This document shows positions 29,216-39,238 of a stretch of DNA of 64,000 nucleotides, piece after piece. Each line of letters begins with the position of its first letter. The first letter of the stretch is position 1. The translations under genes and the position numbers were made by a program. The DNA comes from an uncultured Thermoleophilia bacterium (GTDB taxonomy: Bacteria; Actinomycetota; Thermoleophilia; UBA2241): assembly GCA_963702475.1 (NCBI GenBank), contig CAVPCT010000004.1, positions 437,101 through 501,100 of the forward strand, in the 5' to 3' direction. The notes under the pieces were generated by a model. It saw only the letters and a list, made by a program, of their open reading frames with translations. It searched no databases and was not told the DNA's origin.

Positions 29216-30432
29216 GGCGCCTCCTTCTCGTGCGGCTCTCCGGTGCGCGTGACGAAGCGCTTGAGCTGGCGCCCGGTGATCAGCAGGCCCGGCATCGGGT
29301 CGCGCAGCGAGTACAGCCCGTCCACGCGGACCCCCTTGTACGAGCTCAGCCACGGCCCGAGCTTCGTCTCGTGCCGGCGCCAGCCGGAAAGCGCGTCGCG
29401 CACGTCTGTGAGCGCCACGACCCACTTCCTGCCGTCCACCTGCCGCGGCGCGATGTACGGGTCGCCGACGGCGTCGCGGTACGCGGCCAGCGACAGGTTC
29501 ACGCCGCAGGCCGTGGCCAGGCTGTGCCACATCCAGTGACGGGCGTTGACCTCCATGAGGCGGTAGCGCCCGTCACGCGGGTCGCGTTTGAACTCCACCT
29601 GGCTCACGCCGTGGTAGCTGAGCTCGTGGAGCAGGCGCAGCCCGGCCTCCGCAAGCTCGGGCACCCAGGCGCTCACAGCCATGCTCACGTGCCCGAAGCG
29701 CGGGGGGTGCTGGCGCAGCTTGTGCCCCGTGAACACCGCCAGCGGCCGGCTCTGCGCGTCCAGGTAGGAGCCCAGCGTGTAGAGTTCCTCGTCGCCGCCC
29801 GGCACGATGTCCTGCAGCATCAGCGTGCCGCAGTCGCGGACGGCGTCGTAGGTGCGCAACAACTCCTCCTTCGAGCCGATCTCCAGCACGTGACGACGGA
29901 AGCGCACCTTGAACGCCAGCGACTCGACCGGCTTGAAAACGGCGGGGAAGCCGATCTCCTCGGCGCCGCGCTCGAGGTCCTCGTCGGAGTCGACGAACAC
30001 CGTCTTCGGCGTGTCGACGCCCACGCGCCAGGCCGCCTCCATCTGGGCGCGCTTGTCGTGCAGCCGCTGCATCGTCTCCCAGCGCGAGAAGGGGATGAGG
30101 TACCATTTCTCGAGGCGCGTGGCGTTCTTCGAGATCGGCCAGATGTACTGGTCGTGTGTGGGGAACAGCACGGGGCGGCGGGAGAAGCGGGATCCGAGGT
30201 CCTCGAGGTAGGCGACGAACGCGTCTTCGTCCTCCCGCGGGTCGGGGCAGACCCGCCCGGCGGCGAGCCGGGAACGCAGACCCAGGGCCCGAGGGTTGGC
30301 GTCGAGGGCGAGCAGCGGCACACCGGCGGCCGAGAGGTCGCGGATGATGTCGAGGCCGTTGGCCCACGACACCTGCATGACGATTGCGGCGTTGCGCTCG
30401 CCGGCCGTCTCCAGGAACTTCTCGAACCGCAT
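29212..30432 (-). CDS. ATP-grasp carboxylate-amine ligase (D-aspartate-ligase-like), paralog 1
   Basis: NGLDIIRDL, FPTHD, FPAVFKP, QDIVPGG, KLRQHP, VEFKRDPRDG, MEVNAR. Confidence 0.82.
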   Translation of the reverse strand: MRFEKFLETAGERNAAIVMQVSWANGLDIIRDLSAAGVPLLALDANPRALGLRSRLAAGRVCPDPREDEDAFVAYLEDLGSRFSRRPVLFPTHDQYIWPISKNATRLEKWYLIPFSRWETMQRLHDKRAQMEAAWRVGVDTPKTVFVDSDEDLERGAEEIGFPAVFKPVESLAFKVRFRRHVLEIGSKEELLRTYDAVRDCGTLMLQDIVPGGDEELYTLGSYLDAQSRPLAVFTGHKLRQHPPRFGHVSMAVSAWVPELAEAGLRLLHELSYHGVSQVEFKRDPRDGRYRLMEVNARHWMWHSLATACGVNLSLAAYRDAVGDPYIAPRQVDGRKWVVALTDVRDALSGWRRHETKLGPWLSSYKGVRVDGLYSLRDPMPGLLITGRQLKRFVTRTGEPHEKEAP

Positions 30433-30441
30433 GGACACCTC

Positions 30442-31626
30442 TCAGGGATCGCGCCTGGACGGCGCCAGGACGCGTCGGTAGACCTCGTACGAGAGCCGCG
30501 CGTTACGCTCCCAGCTCAGGGCGAGCGCCGCGGCCTTGCCGGCTTCGCCCACGGCCGCCGCCTTCGTGCGGTCGTCCAGTACCGCTGCGATGATACCGGC
30601 CAGCGCGTCGGGGTCGCGGACCGGCGTGAGATACCCGCTCACGCCGTCCTCGATGAAGTCCTCCGGACCCTCGCCCTTGCCGGCCACGACCGGCGTGCCC
30701 TGGGCCATGGCCTCCGTGTACACGAGGCCGAACGCCTCGTCCCAGCTGGGCAGGGCGAAGAGGTCGGCGCGCGCCATCAGCGACAGCACGCGCGCGTGCT
30801 CCACGCGGCCGAGGAAGTGCACGGTGTCGGCTACGCCCTCGGCGGCCGCCTGCTGCTCGAGGGAGTCGCGCAGCGGACCGTCGCCTACGACGGCGAGGTC
30901 GACGACGCGGCCGCGGCGGCGCAGCCGGCCCGCAGCCGCGACCAGGTCTTTGAGCCCCTTGCGGGGGATCAGGTAGCCGACGGCGAGCACGAGCGGCCTG
31001 CCGGGCAGGTAATCGTCCGCCGGCTGGACAGTCTGTCCAAGTCCGGTCGTCCCGTTCAGCACCACGCTCAGCCGGTCGTCCGGCACCACACCGGTCAGCA
31101 GCCGCGCGACGGCGCTGGAGTTGGCCATCACGGCGTCGGCGGCGCCGAGCACGGAGCGCGTGCGCTCCGCGACGGCGCCGCCCATGCGCAGGTGCTGGTA
31201 CACGTCGGCGCCGTGCACGGTGACGACCCACGGCACCCTGAGGTCGGCGGCCAGGCGCTGCGCGAGCGCGCCGTCCGGCAGCGCCTGGTGCGCGTGGACC
31301 AGGTCGTACTGCCCCGCCGTCACCGACGGCAGCGAGCAGACGGCGCGGTAGGCGAGGTCGCCGAGGCGGTCGAAGAGCAGGCGCTGCGGCGGCTGCACGA
31401 AGCGCGGGTACTCGGCGGTGATGCCGTCGCGAACCGCCTCCCGGGGCTTCTCGCCGCGGCGCTTCTGGCGCGCGCTGCGCCAGAGGAACCGCGGCGCCCA
31501 CGGCGTCGGCGAGATCACGTGAGCCTCCACGCCGAGCTCGCGCAGCGCCAGCAGCTGCTCGTGCACGAACAGGTGGCGCTCGACGCCGGGCGACGGATAG
31601 AGGTGCGAGACGACGAGGACCTTCAC
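30442..31626 (-). CDS. GT4 glycosyltransferase (TuaC-like)
   Basis: SHLYPS, HAH..PDG, TVHGAD, RKG, EAFGLVYTEAMA (EX7E). Confidence 0.88.
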   Translation of the reverse strand: MKVLVVSHLYPSPGVERHLFVHEQLLALRELGVEAHVISPTPWAPRFLWRSARQKRRGEKPREAVRDGITAEYPRFVQPPQRLLFDRLGDLAYRAVCSLPSVTAGQYDLVHAHQALPDGALAQRLAADLRVPWVVTVHGADVYQHLRMGGAVAERTRSVLGAADAVMANSSAVARLLTGVVPDDRLSVVLNGTTGLGQTVQPADDYLPGRPLVLAVGYLIPRKGLKDLVAAAGRLRRRGRVVDLAVVGDGPLRDSLEQQAAAEGVADTVHFLGRVEHARVLSLMARADLFALPSWDEAFGLVYTEAMAQGTPVVAGKGEGPEDFIEDGVSGYLTPVRDPDALAGIIAAVLDDRTKAAAVGEAGKAAALALSWERNARLSYEVYRRVLAPSRRDP

Positions 31627-31636
31627 CCTCCGCTCC

Positions 31637-33196
31637 TCACGGCGTGCTCCCCGAGCCGATCGGCGCGCGGGCCTCCGCCTGCAGCGCGGCCGGCAGCAGC
31701 CGAACGCTCTCCCGCCGTTCGGCCGCGGCCAGGCGCGAGCGCGAGACCACCGCCAGCCCGAGTCCGTACAGGATCCAGAGCGGGGCGAAGCTCACCGAGC
31801 TGCTCGGTCCCACCGCGCCGACGGTCCACCCCAGCAGGGCCAGCACAGTGCCGCTGGCCAGGTACCTCGTGAGCGGGTCGGGGTCGCCGCGGGCGATCGG
31901 CCACAACGCGAGCACCAGCATCACGTAGAAGACCAGGTGCAGGGCGAAACCGAGGATGCCCCCGTTCGCGTACGTCTCCAGCCACCAGTCATGCAGGTTG
32001 GAGATGCCCAGGGCCGTCGTCCCGGAGGAGATGATCCGCTCGGCCTGGCCGGGCCCCGCACCCAGGAGGAAGGTACTGCCGGCGATCTGGAACCCCCGGC
32101 TGGTGAGGCTCTCCCTGATCTCGCCGGACCCCTTGCCCGACTGCGCCTGGGCGATCAGTGCCTCGAGGCGGAACTGGCGCAGCATATCGTCGCTGGAGTC
32201 GTTGAACAGCAGGTAGGCGCCGGCGGCGACGATGACCAGGGCCACCACGGCCCCGACGATCCTGCCGGTCCGCGCCGAGAGGCGCGCCTTGAGGTGCCAG
32301 AACAGCAGGACGGCCGCGAGCGTGGAGATGCCGGCCGCCACCAGGCTGGAGCGCGATCCGGTACGCACGAACGCGGCGGCCCCGAGGGCGATCAGGAACA
32401 GGTCGAGCAGGAGCCAGCGCGCTTTGCGCGTGAAGAAGAACGCGCACAGCATGAACGGCCAACAGAATGCCAGGTAGGTGGCCAGGTCGTTCTGGTTCAC
32501 GAACACGCTCGTGACCGCGTACGTCTGGGATGTGACGGCGGTGATGAGGCGCGAGGTCGGCAGGCGCACGCCGAGGCGCGCCTCCAGCACGGTGAAGCCC
32601 GCCACGAAGAGGTACGCGAGGACGAGAAAGACGCTCAGCCACAGGAGGCTGCGACGGCTGGCGCCGCAGGCGGCCGTGGCGAGCAGGAGCGCGACCATGG
32701 TGAACACGATCGCCAGGTAGGTGAAGGCGAGGGTCTTGTCGGCGGACCAGGCGACGGCGACGAGCAGCCAGGCGAACCAGAGGACGATGGGAAGCGCGAC
32801 GTCCTGCGCCGCGAACGGCAGCGGCGTGCGGCGCACGATCAGGTAGGTCACGCCGAGTGCCATGATGCCGCCGAGGATCAGGCGGAAGAGGAAGAGCTGA
32901 GGCGCGGCCGGTAGCGCGAACGACGGGCCGAGCAGGGCGGCGGCGGGGAGCACGACCAGACCGGCGACGAGCACGGAGCGCACGCGCAGGCGGGCGAGAC
33001 GCGGGCGCGCGAGCACGACAGCCGCCACCGCTCCTGCGGCGAAAAGGAGGCCGAGCGCCGGCAGGGGGCGCCGCACGAGCGCGGCGGCGAGCACGACCGT
33101 GAGGAGCGCGCCGCCGCCGACCACGACGGCGTCGGCGCGGGAGAAGCGGGACTTCGCCGGAGCGGCGGCTGCGGCTGGTCCGGCGTTGGAGCTCAT
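31637..33196 (-). CDS. O-antigen ligase / Wzy polymerase-family membrane protein
   Basis: Many TMs; NQNDLA, TGSRSS, LGAGPG, NLHDWWLE. Confidence 0.85.
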   Translation of the reverse strand: MSSNAGPAAAAAPAKSRFSRADAVVVGGGALLTVVLAAALVRRPLPALGLLFAAGAVAAVVLARPRLARLRVRSVLVAGLVVLPAAALLGPSFALPAAPQLFLFRLILGGIMALGVTYLIVRRTPLPFAAQDVALPIVLWFAWLLVAVAWSADKTLAFTYLAIVFTMVALLLATAACGASRRSLLWLSVFLVLAYLFVAGFTVLEARLGVRLPTSRLITAVTSQTYAVTSVFVNQNDLATYLAFCWPFMLCAFFFTRKARWLLLDLFLIALGAAAFVRTGSRSSLVAAGISTLAAVLLFWHLKARLSARTGRIVGAVVALVIVAAGAYLLFNDSSDDMLRQFRLEALIAQAQSGKGSGEIRESLTSRGFQIAGSTFLLGAGPGQAERIISSGTTALGISNLHDWWLETYANGGILGFALHLVFYVMLVLALWPIARGDPDPLTRYLASGTVLALLGWTVGAVGPSSSVSFAPLWILYGLGLAVVSRSRLAAAERRESVRLLPAALQAEARAPIGSGSTP

Positions 33197-33205
33197 GCGC
33201 CGATT

Positions 33206-34483
33206 CTACTCCGTGCCGGGGGAGGCCGCCGCGCCGGGGCCCGGCGCGGCGGGGCCCGGCCGGGCATTGCCGGAGCGTCCGCCAGCCGCTTGGGCCGTCC
33301 CGCCGGCGCCGGCCCGCAGCAGCCCTTCCAGGATCACGGCTAGCTCGTGCGTCAGGCGGACCAGCTCGTAGCGCTGCAGGGCCGCCCGGTCGGCCACCGG
33401 CGCCGAGCCGTCGCGGACGGTCGCGACGAACGCGGCCAGCGGTCCGGCCATGGCGTCGTCGGGCAGCACGCAGGTGCCGCCGCCGACCTCCGCGAACAGG
33501 GCGCGGGCGGCGGAGCCGGCCGGCGAGATGGCGAACACCGGCCGGCCGGCCTGCAGGTACTCGAACACCTTGCTCGACATGGCCTCGGGCTTGCGCCCGT
33601 TGACGAGCAGCAGGCCGTCGGCCGCGCGTTGGTAGCCGAGGGCGCAGGAGAGCGGCACGAAGGGCTCGACGCGGACCCGATCCCCGAGGCCCAGCCGGTC
33701 GGCGTCTGGCTTCACGCGGCTCTCGTCGACGCCGACGAAGAGAGCCTTGACCTCGGGCGGCTGCGCCGCGAGCGCCGTGAGGAACGCCGTGACCTGCTGC
33801 TCGCGCCCGTACAGCCGCCCCGTATGCACGATCCAGAAACCCTCGTCGAGCGTGACGTCATCGGCCTGCTCGGCGAGGTCGAAGCCGTTGGGCAGCACGT
33901 GCGCGCGGCCCTGCAGCCAGGGGTGCCGCGCCACGAGGTCGTCCGCGATCGGCCGGTTGACGGCCGTGACGGCCGCGGCCTGCCGCAGGGCGCACGCCTC
34001 CAGGCGGGCGTGGGCCGCTCTGTGGGCGGCCGTCGGGTACGTCCGGAACATGTAGGTGGACCAGGGGTCGCGGTAGTCAGCCAGCCAGGGCAGGCCGCTT
34101 CCCCGCGCCAGGAGCGCGGCGGTGAGGTGCACCGACGGCCGCGGCGAGCTCGAGAAGATCGCGTCGAAGCGCGCGCCGCTCAGCAGCCGGCGGCCCTCGC
34201 ACACGGCCGGCGCGATCCACCCGCAGTACGGGTCGGGCACGGCGACCCAGCGGTTCACGCGCGTAGCGCGCCTGCCGCCGCCGAGCAGCTGCTTGGGCCA
34301 TGGCACGGGCGCCCGCACCACGGGGACCCCGGGCGGCTCTGCCGCCGGCCCGGCCGCCCTGGGCGCCACCACCGTGGCCTGCCAGCCCTCGGCCGGCAGG
34401 TGCCGGAGGAAGCGGACCAGGCGCGTCGTCCCGGCGCTGGCCATGGGCGGGTACGGGTTGGCGATGACGAGCAGTCTGGGCAT
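33206..34483 (-). CDS. GT4 glycosyltransferase
   Basis: YPPMASAG, ADYRDPW, PNGFD, HTGRLY, SKVFEYL. Confidence 0.85.
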   Translation of the reverse strand: MPRLLVIANPYPPMASAGTTRLVRFLRHLPAEGWQATVVAPRAAGPAAEPPGVPVVRAPVPWPKQLLGGGRRATRVNRWVAVPDPYCGWIAPAVCEGRRLLSGARFDAIFSSSPRPSVHLTAALLARGSGLPWLADYRDPWSTYMFRTYPTAAHRAAHARLEACALRQAAAVTAVNRPIADDLVARHPWLQGRAHVLPNGFDLAEQADDVTLDEGFWIVHTGRLYGREQQVTAFLTALAAQPPEVKALFVGVDESRVKPDADRLGLGDRVRVEPFVPLSCALGYQRAADGLLLVNGRKPEAMSSKVFEYLQAGRPVFAISPAGSAARALFAEVGGGTCVLPDDAMAGPLAAFVATVRDGSAPVADRAALQRYELVRLTHELAVILEGLLRAGAGGTAQAAGGRSGNARPGPAAPGPGAAASPGTE

Positions 34484-34571
34484 CACGTACCTCGCATCGG
34501 ACTCCGGCCGGGTCGGCTCCAGGCCCCGGACGGCCCCGGGGCCGGCGGCCTGCGACCCGGCCGACGCGCTC

Positions 34572-35624
34572 TCAGCGGCCGGCGGCCGGCGAAAGGCCGA
34601 ACGCCCCCGGCGCTGTGGAGACGACGGTGTCGACGAGCCGCCGCGCGTTCGCGCGCTTGAAGTGGAAGCCGTCGTAGAAGTTCTTCGGGTCGCCGTCGAT
34701 GCTGGAGAGCCTGCTGTCGTCCAGGACGGTGAGCTCGTGGTCCGCCCGCAGGCTCTTGAGATAAGCCAGGACCTCGCGGTGCCGCTTGTTCCACCCGGCG
34801 TCCTTGACGGCGGAGAGCAGACGCGGGTGGAGTGGCGTGAGCACAACGACCTGCCGCGTCCCCATGTCGTCGAGCAGGTCCAGCGTCTTCTCGAAGTACT
34901 CGGTGGACCGCGGGAAGAGGGCCGAGCTGCTGGTGGCGTACCGTTCCAGCGCCTTGTCGATGGACCAGTCCAGGGCGCGCTCGAGCGTGCGGCCCTTCTC
35001 CTGGGCGATGTCGTAACGGTTGCGCAGCACCACACCGTCGCCGCCGAACGTGGTCAAGGCGAGATCGGTGCCCTTGGGGAGCTCGGCCTCGGTCTGCGGG
35101 AGCTTCTTCTTCTCGGCGGCGATGAGGTCGGCGGGGAACCAGCGGCTGAGCCGCTCGTCCTGGATGAGCCCGGGCGAGAGGCCCTGCTCGCGGAACGCCT
35201 CTACGTGCAGGAACCACACGACCTGGAGCGGGACGTCCGGATCCTCGTCGTGGAGCAGGTTGAGAAACGCCCAGGCGTCCTCCGGACGGCCGTTCTGCAG
35301 AGAGAGGTTGTAGCCGGGCAGACCGGTGAGCTTCTGGAGCCGCGCCGGCTCGATGCGCGCCGCGCGCGAGCCGCCGAGGATCAGCAGGCGCGGCGTCTGC
35401 GGCTGCGCGTCGAGCTGTTTGAGCTTGACGGCGCGGTCGGTGAGGACGAACGGGGTCTGTTGCTTCTGGATGAGGAGCTGGAACGGCCGTGACACGGCGA
35501 CGCCGGCGGTGATGCCGATGATGAGGACGGCGAAGACCAGCAGGCCGCCCGCTGGGGAGCGCCTGCGACTCCGCCGTCCGCCGGCGAGGCTGGTGTCTGT
35601 GGTGTGACCCATGGGCGTGGGCAT
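34572..35624 (-). CDS. Membrane-anchored SGNH-like (AlgJ/DltD-like) protein
   Basis: N-terminal TM, LILGGSR block I, C-terminal FYDGFH (DxxH). The track ORF fuses it to the flippase only because of a frameshift. Confidence 0.7.
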   Translation of the reverse strand: MPTPMGHTTDTSLAGGRRSRRRSPAGGLLVFAVLIIGITAGVAVSRPFQLLIQKQQTPFVLTDRAVKLKQLDAQPQTPRLLILGGSRAARIEPARLQKLTGLPGYNLSLQNGRPEDAWAFLNLLHDEDPDVPLQVVWFLHVEAFREQGLSPGLIQDERLSRWFPADLIAAEKKKLPQTEAELPKGTDLALTTFGGDGVVLRNRYDIAQEKGRTLERALDWSIDKALERYATSSSALFPRSTEYFEKTLDLLDDMGTRQVVVLTPLHPRLLSAVKDAGWNKRHREVLAYLKSLRADHELTVLDDSRLSSIDGDPKNFYDGFHFKRANARRLVDTVVSTAPGAFGLSPAAGR

Positions 35625-35707
35625 TCTACTATCGCCGCCGGGCGACTGCCCCCCGCCCGCACCGTGGGCTTCGGCCGCGGAGCCCGGTTCCCTGCCCCGC
35701 CGCGGCC

Positions 35708-37530
35708 TCAGACCTGCGCACTGCCGCCCTCGGCGATGTCCACTTCCGCCTCGATCTCCGTCTCTTCCTCCTCGGCTTCGAGGTCGTCTGCGGAGAGACG
35801 GACGGGGTCGCCTGGCTCGACTTGGGCAGCTCCGGCGCCGGGCTCCGGGCCCTCGACGGCCGCGCCGCCCGCCCCCGTTACGATCGCGCCGCCCGCCCCG
35901 GCCGCGGCAAGCGCCGGCGACGGCTTCGACCCCCGCCGCCGCCGCACGAGCCCGGCGAGTCCGTGCGCGCTCGGAGGCTGTGAAGAACCGCGCCGCCCAC
36001 AGCGCGAGCGGGAAGAGCAGCAGCGCCGGCGTCATGGCGAGCGAGCCGACGATCAGGTCGCCGAGCGGCTGGTCGACGCGCACGCCCATCGCCGCGCCGA
36101 TCGCCCAGCCGGCGCCCAGCGTGAGCGCCGTTGCCACCGCGATGATGATCAGCCGTCGCCACTCGTAGGGGATCGGGTAGTAGCGGTTGGAGATGAAGTA
36201 CACCAGCACCGCGAGGATCCCGAAGCCGATCGTCGTGGTCCACGCCGCCGCCCACATTCCGTACTCCGGCACCAGGAGGAAGTTGAGGCCGATGTTCACC
36301 CCGGAGGCCACGAGCGTGATCACCGGGATGAGCCGGTTCTTCTTGGCCACGTTGGCCCCGATCCAGAAGATGAAGTACAGGTTGTACAGGGCCACGGAGA
36401 GCGTGAGCACGAACGTCGTCGGGCCGACGGACCAGAAGTCTTCGTTCAGCAGCACGTGGATCACCAGCGGCAGGTAGAAGCCGACGAGCACGAGCAGCGC
36501 CCCGTTGAACGCCATGAAATAGGTCGACGAGCGGGAGACCATGCGCTTGTGCCTCTGCGGTTCGTTGAGCTTGGCGTAGTGCCACTGCGGCCAGGCCATG
36601 CGGAAGGCCATGCCGACGATGTAGAGCGGCTGCGAGAGGGACGTGGCGATCGGTGTAGAGACCGACCGCGGCGATGCCCTGGTAGTTCAGGAGGAAGAAG
36701 CGGTCGCTGAGCTTGAGGAAGAAGAACGAGATGGCCGTGAACATGGCCGGGATCGCGAACGCCAGCATCGAGCGCGTCAGCGCCGCGTCCCACAAGAAGC
36801 GCAGCCTTGGGGCGTAGAACGGAAGGGCGGCGACGTTGAGGATCACGGCCGTGGCGAGGTTCGCCCCCAGGTAGCCGGCGGGTCCCCAGTCGAAGACCGC
36901 GAGGAAGACCAGCGCCAGCGGCACCTGGATGAGCACGCGGGCGATCGTGAAGGTGGTGAACGTCCACGGCCTGTGCTCCAGGCGCATCAGGGTGAACGGC
37001 AGGTCGCTCAGGTTGGTGAAGAACAGCGTCGCGACACCGATGTTGAAGTAGATCGCGTAGCCTTCCCCGCCCATGATGGCGCTCGAGATCCACGGCATGA
37101 AGGCGATGAGCCCGCCGAGAAGAAGCGCCGGGTACAGGAACTTCACGTAGAAGACGTGGGTGATCACGTCGCGGCGGTGAGCGGGGCTCTTGTCGTCGAA
37201 GTAGAAGCGCGTGAAGGCGACGTCGAAGCCGAGCGTGACGAACACGTCGAGGAACGTGGTGACCGTGACGACCATGCCGACGATGCCGTAGTCGCTCTTC
37301 GTGAGGAAGGCGGTGAAGAGCGGCAGCATGAGCGCCGTGAGGAACTTCTGCAGCATCCTGCCCCCGCCGTAGATCACGGAGTCCTTGAGCAGCAGGGAGT
37401 AGGAGTGGCTCCTGGGTCTCTGGGCGGCGGCCGTGCGGCGGCGCGAGAGCAGGTTCGTGACGCCTCCGGGATGCAGGGGTGCGGCCGCGTGAGGGCGCGC
37501 GGCCGCCGGTCGGCGTGATCGGGTGGTCAT
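35708..37530 (-). CDS. Wzx-type oligosaccharide flippase, interrupted by two +1 frameshifts
   Basis: KDSVIYGGG, LTKSDYG, SDRFFL, AVGLY. Removing one base near 36651 and one near 35960 gives a continuous polytopic ORF ending in an acidic tail. Start uncertain. Confidence 0.8.
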
Positions 37531-37749
37531 TCTACCATCGGCGCCCCGGACCTCCGGGCGGGCGCCACGGTTCCCGCGGCCCGGCGCGGCGGAGCGGGCG
37601 ACCTGCGCCGGGAGATCCCTGCCAGCGCTCGGCGCTCTTGACCGACGGATCGACGGTGCCGACGTGCAGCCCGCAGTTCAGCGCGAGGAACTCCTGCCGG
37701 CCCTTCGCCCCACGCCGCGACCGCCGCGCACGGCAGTCCGTGCGGCGGC

Positions 37750-37913
37750 GCTCTCGATTCGTTGCAGACTACAACGAACCACGAGGACGGCGCGAGGGTG
37801 ACACTCCCTCGGCGGACCGCAATGAGAGTGACGTAGGCGTCGCGATACGTCCGGCAACGCACCACAGGCCGCAGTCGCAGGAGTCCGTCACGCGACTCGG
37901 CCGGATCTGGTGC
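37750..37913 (-). ncRNA. Candidate structured RNA element of unknown class
   Basis: Four hairpins plus an enclosing stem, with loop-loop complementarity, in an intergenic gap. G-U pairs favour the minus strand. Confidence 0.35.
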
Positions 37914-37959
37914 TTCGGCGGCTCGGCCGCCGGGAGTCAGCGCCTCCCGGCCGGGCCGG

Positions 37960-39087
37960 TCAGCGGCGGACCGCGGCCGTCAGGTCCTTGGGCAGCAGCT
38001 CGGCGTGCGCCTCGACGGCGGCGACCTGCTCGGCGGCGAGCGACGACGAGCCTCGCCGCCGCGCCCGCGCCATGACCTCGCCGACCTTGAGTCCGGCGGT
38101 ATGCAGCTCGATGAGCGGCGCCGGCAGTAGCTCGAGCGGCGCGGGGTCGCCGGCGCCGGGCCAGCTGCGCAGGCCGGCGCCGGCCAGCCCGCGCCGGTCA
38201 GGCTCGCCGGAGAGGCTCACGACGGCCAGGTGCGGGGCGGCCACCGCCAGGGCCGCCGCCTCGATCCAGCCGCGCGGTCCGACGGTCCGCGCTTCCGCGT
38301 CGGACGGGCACAGGATCAGGGCGTCCGCCTCCGCGAGCACCCCCGCCCCGACCGCCTCGGGGAGCGCGTCCGCCACCTTGCGGGCTCCGCACAGGCTGAC
38401 CCGCCCGGCCCCGTCGGGGGCGGCGCCCAGCACGTGCGCGCCGGCATCGGCGAGCCCGCGCGCGACCTTGGTGTACGCGAGCCCGTCGCCGGCGACCAGC
38501 ACGACCGCTCCGGAGACAGTGACGCCGAGCTGCAGCAGTCCCCAGGTCGCAGCGTCCGGTAGGAATCGGTACAGGTCGATGCCGTCCTCGTCCACGCCGG
38601 CCACGGCGACGCCCCTGCGTCGGCAGGTCGCCGCGTCCACGTCGGCGGCGCGCCAATGGGAGATGCCCTTCATGAGGGTCACCGAGGCGCTCTCCCCGAC
38701 GTTGCGCAGCACCGCCTCGTCGACGGGCCTGACGCCGGGCAGGTCGGTGACGATATCCACCTCGCCGAGCGCCGCCTGCAGGCGGTTGGCGACGAAGCGC
38801 ACGCGCTCGCCGAGCCCGGCCACGGCGCACAGGTAGGCGGTCTGCTCCTCGGCTTCGCGGCGCGACGCCTCGAAGCTGTCGCGGGCCACGGCGTACACCT
38901 CGGCCGCTCCGGCCAGGCCGGCGATCACCGGTGTGACGCGCCGGTACCCGACGCCGGCCTCGGTGAGCACGCGCAGGCCGCCCAGATCCAGACGGTGGCG
39001 TTCGACGGCGCGCCTGATCAGGCGCAGTACGTGGCGCCCGGGAAAGGCGTCGTCGCAGGCGTATCTGGGGTCGGCGGTCGGCTGCAC
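37960..39087 (-). CDS. Uncharacterised protein with Rossmann-like segments in the polysaccharide locus
   Basis: LDLGGLRVLTEAG, DIVTDLPGVRPVD, LHTAGLKVGE; TAGGAT -10 box 6 nt before the GTG. Confidence 0.7.
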   Translation of the reverse strand: MQPTADPRYACDDAFPGRHVLRLIRRAVERHRLDLGGLRVLTEAGVGYRRVTPVIAGLAGAAEVYAVARDSFEASRREAEEQTAYLCAVAGLGERVRFVANRLQAALGEVDIVTDLPGVRPVDEAVLRNVGESASVTLMKGISHWRAADVDAATCRRRGVAVAGVDEDGIDLYRFLPDAATWGLLQLGVTVSGAVVLVAGDGLAYTKVARGLADAGAHVLGAAPDGAGRVSLCGARKVADALPEAVGAGVLAEADALILCPSDAEARTVGPRGWIEAAALAVAAPHLAVVSLSGEPDRRGLAGAGLRSWPGAGDPAPLELLPAPLIELHTAGLKVGEVMARARRRGSSSLAAEQVAAVEAHAELLPKDLTAAVRR

Positions 39088-39238
39088 GTGGTCATCCTAC
39101 AGCGCCCAGGGGGGTGGCGGCCGCGCCCGGCATCGGGCCGGTGGTCGTGGAGGGGCTCGCACCGGGCGGCCGGTCGCCGGGTGGCTGCGGGCGACGCTAT
39201 ACTGATGGTTCACGCCCAAGCGCAGAAAGGATCCGCGC

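Noticed and set aside
9015-31872. Very long overlapping ORFs (e.g. 9323-11914, 16057-17895, 21957-24725, 29230-31872)
   Set aside because: Antisense or off-frame shadows typical of high-GC DNA; no recognisable motifs outside the real genes they overlap.
34572-36611. 679-aa flippase-SGNH fusion ORF in the track
   Set aside because: Artefact of the +1 insertion near 35960; the flippase ends at 35708 and the SGNH gene has its own start and -10 box.
37746-37830. glmS-ribozyme-like words (ACGAGG, TCGGCGGA) on the plus strand
   Set aside because: Lacks the AGCGCC cleavage site and the UUAUCG pairing element, and no glmS gene follows.
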